64,000 nucleotides of DNA from an uncultured Coriobacteriales bacterium (lineage in GTDB: Bacteria > Actinomycetota > Coriobacteriia > Coriobacteriales > Eggerthellaceae), in assembly GCA_946892075.1 (NCBI GenBank), contig CAMPNZ010000001.1:1257-65256 (forward strand). Reading direction: 5' to 3'. Position 1 is the stretch's first letter; every line of letters starts with the position of its first letter. Made by a program: the position numbers and the translations under genes. Below, piece after piece: positions 57,678 through 64,000 of this stretch. The notes under the pieces were generated by a model. That model was given only the letters and a program-made list of their open reading frames with translations, did no database searches and was not told the DNA's origin.

Positions 57678-58122
57678 TACAGCTTTACGAGAAGCGCATG
57701 TGCGCTGGTCATTGTTAACATTATGCTTCGGGAAAGCACACAAACGCGCATGCGCATTGCGCGCTCAGCAACGAAGCGTATTGATGCGCTACGGCACGGT
57801 CCACGAAACAAAATCGCTTGTGATTGCTTCATCGTTTAGAAGTCGTTTACGCGGACTGTTAGCTACACAGCCGCATCGCAACATCGTGATGCTTCTTCCG
57901 TGTAAGGCGGTTCACACGCTTGGTATGAAGCACGCTATCGACATTGCGTTTGTGTCTGATACCGGCAAGGTGCTCAAAAGCAGGAGAGGTGTTTTACCTG
58001 GTGAAATATCTCTTTCTGCCAAGCACAGCGCCTATGTGCTCGAGCAGTTTTTCGATCCATCATCGTGGTGGTTTAGCGAAAACGACTACGTAATAGTTAG
58101 CAGCGCGTATGCAGATACATAG
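57670..58122 (+). CDS. DUF192-domain protein
   Basis: AGGAGGAAAG SD; RLRGLL...IVMLLP...VHTLGMKHAIDIAFVSDTGKVL matches the DUF192 motifs (RGLM, GMLF, WMKNT.IPLDI.F.D.G.V). Confidence 0.55.
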   Translation: MVNTALREAHVRWSLLTLCFGKAHKRACALRAQQRSVLMRYGTVHETKSLVIASSFRSRLRGLLATQPHRNIVMLLPCKAVHTLGMKHAIDIAFVSDTGKVLKSRRGVLPGEISLSAKHSAYVLEQFFDPSSWWFSENDYVIVSSAYADT

Positions 58123-58172
58123 TGCGCTTGTTTCTTCATATACGCAGTTGAACGTGTAAGAAAGGAATAGAT

Positions 58173-58361
58173 ATGACTAAGGCTTTACGTGTTGATGAAC
58201 GCAAGAAGAAATGCCCAGTTTGCGGGGCTGTTACCTTTGAAAATGCGCGCTTGTGCTATGGGTGTATGCACAGGTTTATCGACGATACCTATGCGGATGT
58301 GTGTTCGGCACAACAGCCCCGTCACCTGCGCAAATCTGTTGCCAACTACGCAGCTTTGTGA
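58173..58361 (+). CDS. small zinc-ribbon protein (62 aa)
   Basis: GAAAGGAA SD; CPVCG...CYGC motif. Confidence 0.45.
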   Translation: MTKALRVDERKKKCPVCGAVTFENARLCYGCMHRFIDDTYADVCSAQQPRHLRKSVANYAAL

Positions 58362-58371
58362 TGGAGGCGCG

Positions 58372-58884
58372 ATGCTTGCAATCGGGTATGCGCTCTACGG
58401 CATCTGCTTGCTGTTGCTTGTTGTGTGTTGCGTGGTTGATGTGAAATGTTTTTGCATTCCTATGGGGGCATGCTATGGCATTGCTGTGTGCGGATCGCTT
58501 GCGTATGTGCTGCTGTATTCGTTTGATACGTACTGGTATGGCGTTGCTTATGGTGCGGCGTGTGTATGCGCGCTGCTTGCGCTGCGTTTTGTGTTACAGC
58601 TGCTGTATGCGTTGCGGCATAAAAGCTCTCTGCGCGTGGTGCAGCAGTCGTATATTCCCTTTGGAACAGGAGATATACGTCTCATTTTTGCGCTCAGTGC
58701 ATCAAGTGGGATGTTTGTGCTTGTTGGATTATGTGCAATGTGTTGCGCGGGAGTGCTGTTTGCGGGTGGCTGCATCGTAAAAGCCCACGTCACAAAGCAA
58801 GCGCTGTGCACTGTGTTTCCTTTTGCGCCTTGTATAAGCGCATGGCTTCCGTGTGTGCTTTTAGCGATGTACGCGTTTCCGTAA
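58372..58884 (+). CDS. tadV: prepilin peptidase TadV/CpaA (A24 family)
   Basis: GGAGG SD; polytopic membrane protein with two candidate catalytic Asp (VVDVKCFCIP; GTGDIRLIFAL). Confidence 0.65.
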   Translation: MLAIGYALYGICLLLLVVCCVVDVKCFCIPMGACYGIAVCGSLAYVLLYSFDTYWYGVAYGAACVCALLALRFVLQLLYALRHKSSLRVVQQSYIPFGTGDIRLIFALSASSGMFVLVGLCAMCCAGVLFAGGCIVKAHVTKQALCTVFPFAPCISAWLPCVLLAMYAFP

Positions 58885-58894
58885 TGCAAACGCC

Positions 58895-59245
58895 CTAATG
58901 GGAGCCGTAATACATTTTCTCGAAGGTTTTATTGGCGTAGGCGGTTACCTTGCGATTTATGTCGTTCCACGTTTTTAGCAGCTGCTGTCCCTCTACGGTA
59001 AGGGTAGAGCCGTGCGCTCCATCGCGGTCGATGAGCGTCACATTCAGGCGCTGTTCGGTGTTTTTCATGATGCGCCACGCTTTGCTATATGCCATATGCA
59101 TGTTCTTAGCTGCGGCGTTAAGTGAGCCATAGGTAAGAACGCCCTGGCACAGCTCCGCGACGCCTCTACCATACATTGAACCGTGGTTTTCTCCTTCAAG
59201 AGAAATAGCAATGCGCACTACCGGCTTAAGGTGTTGTTCGCTCAT
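58895..59245 (-). CDS. ModE-N-terminal-like winged-helix regulator (no TOBE domains)
   Basis: GSLNAAAKNMHMAYSKAWRIMKNTEQRL aligns with the ModE HTH (GSISQGAKDAGISYKSAWDAINEMNQL); start chosen at the internal ATG (M16) by length fit. Confidence 0.5.
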   Translation of the reverse strand: MSEQHLKPVVRIAISLEGENHGSMYGRGVAELCQGVLTYGSLNAAAKNMHMAYSKAWRIMKNTEQRLNVTLIDRDGAHGSTLTVEGQQLLKTWNDINRKVTAYANKTFEKMYYGSH

Positions 59246-59537
59246 ATCATTCTCGTTTCCTGTAAGGGGGTCGTAAAAACCCAGGTACATACGTGGTAAC
59301 TTCTTGTGTTAAGCGACGTTTACCTTGTCCCCTCACATGTTAGGGTAAACTATCTCTTAGGATTATTCTTAATCAAAAAGCATAGTGAGTAAAGAGGCGA
59401 ACTATTATTCATTGCCTTATTTACCGTTTTATCACGTTTCGTTATGAATGGTACTAAGCCAAGCTTTGAACAGGAACAACACTCGCGCGAGCCGTGCGAA
59501 AATATGAAGTTTTATGCGTTTTGTATTATTCACGTGG

Positions 59538-61235
59538 CTATTTTCCACACGCAAGTTCGTGCTGGAACTGCTCAAGCGCTGCCTGAATATCGTCGGTGTT
59601 GCTCTCAACCTGAACAGCACTATGCGCTGTTGCAAGACGATTTTTTGAAAGCGCAGGCGGAATGCGCAACCCGAACTTCTTTGCAAGCAGATCGTTCAGC
59701 TGAAAACTGCTGCATTGCGCAATGGCGCTGGGAAGTTCCTGGTCATGTGCTATATTGTGCAAAGCTTTATACATGCTGGCAGAAAATTTCGCCCACGATG
59801 CTGTGGACACAATAAGCATCGGCGTGCTGCTGTCGCCCAGGCGCTGCGCAACTTCAAACGCAACGGCGCTGTGCGGATCCATCGCGTAGTGATACATTTC
59901 AAAAACGCGCTTCATCGTGCGCAAACAGTCGTCGTTGTTTACCCAGTCGCCCGCAAACGTGTCGCGCAAAGCGTCAAACGTTGTGCGATCAACCTTGAAC
60001 GCACGCTTCGTTTTCAGCGCGTCCATCCACTCCCGCACCAGCTTGCTGTTGCGATGCGTAAGCTCAAACAGCGCACGTTCCAAATTTGACGACACTAAAA
60101 TGTCCATGGACGGCGAAGGCGTGCTTACCAACTGGCGATTTTCAAGCGTATACGAGCCACTTGCCATAAACTGTGCCAGCACGTTGTTTTCGTTGCTTGC
60201 GCATATCAGCAAACGAATGGGAACACCTATCTGTTTGGCGTAATAACCTGCAAGAATGTCCCCAAAATTTCCCGTTGGAACGCATACATCGAAGCAGCCG
60301 TGATCACGCAACGCGCCCCGCGCGCGAAGCTGATGGTACGCCGACACATAGTACACAATTTGCGGCAGCAAACGCCCCCAGTTAATGGAATTTGCACTTG
60401 AAAGAAATGTGTTATAGCGGCTCTGAAGTGCGCTATTCCATTCCTGATTGCCAAAAAGCTCCTTCACGGCACGCTGGCAATCGTCAAAATCGCCCTTGAC
60501 GGCAAAAATACGCGCCTGGTTGCTTGCGTGCGCTTGCATTTGCGCGTGTTGCATTTCGCTTACGTGCTGATGAGGATACAAAACCGCCATCGACGTGTTG
60601 CGCGCATGCGAGAATCCGCACAGTGCAGCGCTTCCGGTGTCGCCTGATGTTGCAACAAGGATAAGGCGTTTTGCTCCTGCTTGTGCTGCTAATCGGGAAC
60701 GTGTCTGCGCGTTTGCCGCGCTGCCACCCGCGCCACCTGCATTGCCAGCTTCCGCGTTGCTAGCTGTAACCCATGCGCCACCAGCTTCAGTACCTGATCC
60801 GTTTCCTGCACTACCTGTTCCTGTGCAGCCATCAGCGCCGTTCGCTTTGATGCCTTCATCAAAAAACAGCGGCAGCGCTTGTAGGGCAATATCCTTAAAC
60901 GCGCTGGTTGGCCCATGCCACAGCTCAAGGACGTGCGTGTGCTCGTCAAGCGTGTGAACAGGCGCGATGCGTTCGTCATCAAATTGCTCACCGTACGCTT
61001 GCGCACACAAAGCGTCAATTGCCTCATCAGCAATATTCGGCTGAAACGCCTTAAAAACCTGCGCTGCAACTGCATGATAGGGAAGCGTTTGCATCGCATT
61101 CAAATTTTCAAGCGAAAAATGGGGAAGGCGCTCGGGAACAAACAGCCCGCCATCAGGCGCAAGTCCTGTCAAGACGGCGTCGGTAAACGAGTAGGAACGC
61201 GAGGACAATCCGCGTGTATCTGTGTATTGAATCAT
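59538..61235 (-). CDS. thrC: threonine synthase
   Basis: PLP-enzyme pattern (SAFKD lysine motif; GNFGDILAGY); GAGGTG SD; internal Gly/Ala/Asn low-complexity insertion. Confidence 0.85.
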   Translation of the reverse strand: MIQYTDTRGLSSRSYSFTDAVLTGLAPDGGLFVPERLPHFSLENLNAMQTLPYHAVAAQVFKAFQPNIADEAIDALCAQAYGEQFDDERIAPVHTLDEHTHVLELWHGPTSAFKDIALQALPLFFDEGIKANGADGCTGTGSAGNGSGTEAGGAWVTASNAEAGNAGGAGGSAANAQTRSRLAAQAGAKRLILVATSGDTGSAALCGFSHARNTSMAVLYPHQHVSEMQHAQMQAHASNQARIFAVKGDFDDCQRAVKELFGNQEWNSALQSRYNTFLSSANSINWGRLLPQIVYYVSAYHQLRARGALRDHGCFDVCVPTGNFGDILAGYYAKQIGVPIRLLICASNENNVLAQFMASGSYTLENRQLVSTPSPSMDILVSSNLERALFELTHRNSKLVREWMDALKTKRAFKVDRTTFDALRDTFAGDWVNNDDCLRTMKRVFEMYHYAMDPHSAVAFEVAQRLGDSSTPMLIVSTASWAKFSASMYKALHNIAHDQELPSAIAQCSSFQLNDLLAKKFGLRIPPALSKNRLATAHSAVQVESNTDDIQAALEQFQHELACGK

Positions 61236-61357
61236 GAAGCACCTCAAACGTGGTTGTGGGCGGTTGCGCGGGCGCGTGAGCACAGTGCGAACAGGGCGTT
61301 TGCGCGCTGTTACGTGCGCCGCGGAGTTGCCGAGTATTGCTCATGTACTGCTGGTAC

Positions 61358-61470
61358 GCGTGTTGCGCGCTTTGCATTTCGCTTACGCGCTGATGAGGGT
61401 ACAGAACCACCATCGACGTGTTGTGTGCGTGCACCGTGGCATTAACGCGTGTTGCTCCTGCGCTGGTACG
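61358..61470. repeat. degenerate duplicate of an internal thrC segment (copy of about 60541-60690) located upstream of thrC; gene-fragment remnant
   Basis: ttgcatttcgcttacgYgctgatgaggRtacaRaaccRccatcgacgtgttg shared with the coding copy; the minus-frame ORF here encodes VLYPHQRVSEMQ versus thrC VLYPHQHVSEMQ. Confidence 0.55.
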
Positions 61471-61824
61471 CGCGTCGTGGAGTTGACGCGTGTTGCGCGC
61501 GTGTGGTGCAATAATACACTGTTTTGGCGCTGCTGCCCATCTGGGCGGCAATATTTTTCGGTGCGCTGCGGTAGTGCGCCTTAAACTGAGCCTTTGAATT
61601 GCGGAAATGATAGGAAGCGTTGCCGTAGCACCCTCACCGCTTAACTGCACGCATCAAGCACGCGGCACCGCAGCTACGGATGCCGCCGTCGCAAACCTAG
61701 CCAATGCCATTTACCGTCGCATTCCGCACCCGTTCCCACACCCGTTCCTGCGACCGCACCTGCGCAGCCTCATGTTCCCGTGCGCGCTCGCGTTCCCGAG
61801 CACTCCTATTGCTGCACCGATGCG

Positions 61825-63282
61825 CTACAAGTGCTCCATGCGAAGCACGTCATCGCAGCAACACTCAATAAATTCGCTGTCGTGCGTGACGGTAATAATC
61901 GTTCGTCCTTGGCCTTTGAGCTGGTTCAACACGCGCGCTACCATCTGCATGTGCAGCACATCCAAGCCGCTTGTTGGCTCGTCAAGCAGCAGAATGGGCG
62001 CCTGCGAGGCACTCGCGCACGCCAGCGCCAGCCGTTGTTTTTGCCCGCCGGAAAGCGACATGGGGTGCCTGTCGCACAATTCGTCCAGGTGAACCGCGGC
62101 AAGCGCGCGTTTCGCAGCGGCTTCGTCTGCGTGCGGCTGACTGATGAGCACTTCGTCAAGCACCGATTCCGTAAAAAGTTGATGATTCACATCTTGCATG
62201 ACCATAAATATCGTGCCATCTGGCCTTTTGCACGTATGCGCCACACCGTCTACAACCACAAGGCCCCTGTTTTTTCGTATGCCGCAAACGGCTTCCAAAA
62301 AGGTGGTTTTGCCAGCACCATTGCCGCCAACGATGGCGGTTACGTGGGCTTTTTTGATTTTCATGCTGTTGATAGCGAACAGCGTATGGTTTTTGTGGTA
62401 CGCGTAGCTAAGGTTTTTCAGGAAGATGAAATTGGTGCCGCTCTCCGTGCTGCTCGCTGTGCCGCTTTCAGCGCCATCCGCATTCGCACCCGCGTCCGAA
62501 CTCGCGCCCGACCTGGCCAAACTCAGCGGCGACACCTGCGCAAGCGAGCGCAAGCCGCAGCGTTTCGCGTCTTCGTTCGTAAAACGCTCTATGGCGCCTT
62601 TCACAATTTCCCGCACCACCGCGCCCCGTTCCAAAATAAGCGCTCTATCAGCCAAATCCCACACGTAATTGATGCGATGCTCGGCAATCACAATGGTTTT
62701 CCTGGCCCGCTTCCAAAACGCAATCAGCGCGCGCAGCCGCTCCGTTGCTTCATAATCCAAGTTCGCCGACGGCTCGTCAAGCAGGATTATTTCGGGCGCC
62801 ATCACATCAACCGACGCGCACGCAATTTGCTGCTTTTCGCCGCCCGACAGCTTGAACATGCTGCGATCCATCAGCGCTTCAATGTGAAAATTGCGGACCG
62901 TCGTACAAACGCGCTGCAAAATTTCTTCCTTATGAACACCAAGATTTTCCAGCCCAAACGCCAGCTCACTGGTGGTATCGACGTTGAAAAACTGCGCCCG
63001 CGGATTTTGAAACACGCTTCCGACAACGCCCGCTTTCTCCTCAATTCTGACGCCGAGCGCATCCTTGCCCTGCACCAGCACGCTGCCTTCGATGCGCGCG
63101 CGGTAAAATTCCGGAATTAAGCCATTCAAAAGGCGAAGCACGGTTGACTTTCCGCTTCCCGAAGCTCCTGTTAAAAGCACACATTCGCCGGCGTTCACGC
63201 GCAGCGACACGCCCCGCAGGCTTTCTACGTTCGGCGTTGCGTCATACGCCACGCTCACCGTGCGAAATTCAACCAAGCACAT
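61825..63282 (-). CDS. ecfA: energy-coupling-factor transporter ATPase, duplicated (two ABC domains fused, EcfA1-EcfA2/CbiO-like)
   Basis: two Walker A (GASGSGKST; GGNGAGKTT), two LSGG signatures and two Walker B motifs in one 486-aa protein. Confidence 0.8.
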   Translation of the reverse strand: MCLVEFRTVSVAYDATPNVESLRGVSLRVNAGECVLLTGASGSGKSTVLRLLNGLIPEFYRARIEGSVLVQGKDALGVRIEEKAGVVGSVFQNPRAQFFNVDTTSELAFGLENLGVHKEEILQRVCTTVRNFHIEALMDRSMFKLSGGEKQQIACASVDVMAPEIILLDEPSANLDYEATERLRALIAFWKRARKTIVIAEHRINYVWDLADRALILERGAVVREIVKGAIERFTNEDAKRCGLRSLAQVSPLSLARSGASSDAGANADGAESGTASSTESGTNFIFLKNLSYAYHKNHTLFAINSMKIKKAHVTAIVGGNGAGKTTFLEAVCGIRKNRGLVVVDGVAHTCKRPDGTIFMVMQDVNHQLFTESVLDEVLISQPHADEAAAKRALAAVHLDELCDRHPMSLSGGQKQRLALACASASQAPILLLDEPTSGLDVLHMQMVARVLNQLKGQGRTIITVTHDSEFIECCCDDVLRMEHL

Positions 63283-63443
63283 AGCACCACACCCGCAGTC
63301 GCGCCGCACCAGCTTGCACGTGCTTTGGCGCTGCCTTTTGCATTTGAACGTATGTTCCTGCTGGTACCTGCGTTTCGGGAACCATCGCGCTCCTTTCCAC
63401 AGATACGACACTTTCCACGGTCGCAGCATTTTTCACAGCCGCG

Positions 63444-64000
63444 TCAACCAAGCACATAGCACCACACCCCATACATCGCCGCAGCCAGCGTCAGCAAAAA
63501 CACAGCGCAATCGGCCCACCCGAACCCAATGCGGCAGATGTTCGTGCGTGTTTTGCACCGCCCCAGCCCGCGCGTGAGCGCCGCCGCCGACAGCTCCTCG
63601 CCAATTTTCGCAACGCAGGTAATCAGCGGCACAATGCGATACTCCAGCATCTTCGCAAGCTGGCCATTCCGAAGGCCAATACCGCGCATTTTCATGGCCG
63701 CGCGAATTGCCGCGTTTTCTTCGCGAATGGTGGGGAACAGCCGAAACATCACGCACATTGGAATGGTAAGCGCGTCGGGCATGCGCAGGCGGCTCATCGC
63801 GGCTTTGAACTGGCTTACCGTTGTGGTATTGATGACGTACGAGCTCATCATATACGCAGGTAGAAAGCGATTTACAACCACAATCATGAACAGAAGCGCA
63901 TTTGCCACCAGGCCTTTCGCGCTGGGGAACACGCAGCACTCGCACGCGTGCATGATGCCCACCAGCACCGCACCAACTATGCAGGGCGCGTATCGTTTTG
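63444..64000 (-). CDS. ecfT: ECF transporter transmembrane (T) component EcfT/CbiQ, C-terminal part (N-terminus lies beyond window end)
   Basis: frame stays open to the window edge; polytopic CbiQ-like sequence; stop TGA at 63444-63446. Confidence 0.65.
   Translation of the reverse strand, partial: KRYAPCIVGAVLVGIMHACECCVFPSAKGLVANALLFMIVVVNRFLPAYMMSSYVINTTTVSQFKAAMSRLRMPDALTIPMCVMFRLFPTIREENAAIRAAMKMRGIGLRNGQLAKMLEYRIVPLITCVAKIGEELSAAALTRGLGRCKTRTNICRIGFGWADCAVFLLTLAAAMYGVWCYVLG

Noticed and set aside
46002-58884. Tad locus as an island integrated at tRNA-Val
   Set aside because: tRNA-Val is on the minus strand with its 3' end facing away from the tad genes. Integration at a tRNA 3' end would place an island on the sanA side, not the tad side. 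No att-like duplicate of the tRNA 3' end was found.
58895-59290. Longer version of the ModE-like regulator from the first ATG (59290)
   Set aside because: The upstream ATG lacks a convincing SD and adds 15 residues with no counterpart in ModE N-domains. The internal ATG (59245) fits the alignment better, so the shorter CDS was kept, at low confidence.

Overview
This is a ~57-58% GC Gram-positive chromosome segment. Gene order resembles the Bacillus/Clostridia origin-proximal block (rsmI ... metG-tatD-X-ksgA-[insert]-veg; rpsB-tsf; LCP; CWB2 wall anchor), so a high-GC Clostridia-type anchorobe is likely, though Coriobacteriia cannot be excluded. Housekeeping genes: rnhA, engB, rpsB, tsf, murA, an LCP protein, a NifU-like protein, rsmI, metG, tatD, rsmA/ksgA, veg, leuS, thrC, ECF transporter ecfA-ecfT, and tRNA-Ala(CGC) and tRNA-Val(TAC). 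Notable content: (1) fdhB-fdhA, a selenocysteine formate dehydrogenase in which an in-frame TGA plus a downstream SECIS-like hairpin joins two ORF-track fragments; (2) a ~1,650-aa BadF/BcrA-type activase / 2-hydroxyacyl-CoA-dehydratase-like fusion split by one in-frame TAG; (3) a 12-kb Tad/Flp type IVb pilus locus (cpaB, tadZ, tadA, tadB, tadC, two flp pilins, tadE, tadG-like, tadE-like, a DUF192 protein, a Zn-ribbon protein, prepilin peptidase); (4) two low-GC AAA_14/DUF4143 ATPase genes, each directly preceded by its own repeat array, one of them interrupting the conserved ksgA-veg synteny; (5) a low-GC islet at the 3' end of tRNA-Ala with a canonical promoter and two paralogous small proteins; (6) a compositionally chimeric LRR/coiled-coil/CWB2 surface protein; (7) an atypical P1B-type ATPase with a Cys-motif small partner. 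Short GC-rich tandem repeats fill many intergenic regions, and low-complexity insertions interrupt several conserved enzymes. No CRISPR array, rRNA or recognisable transposase was found.
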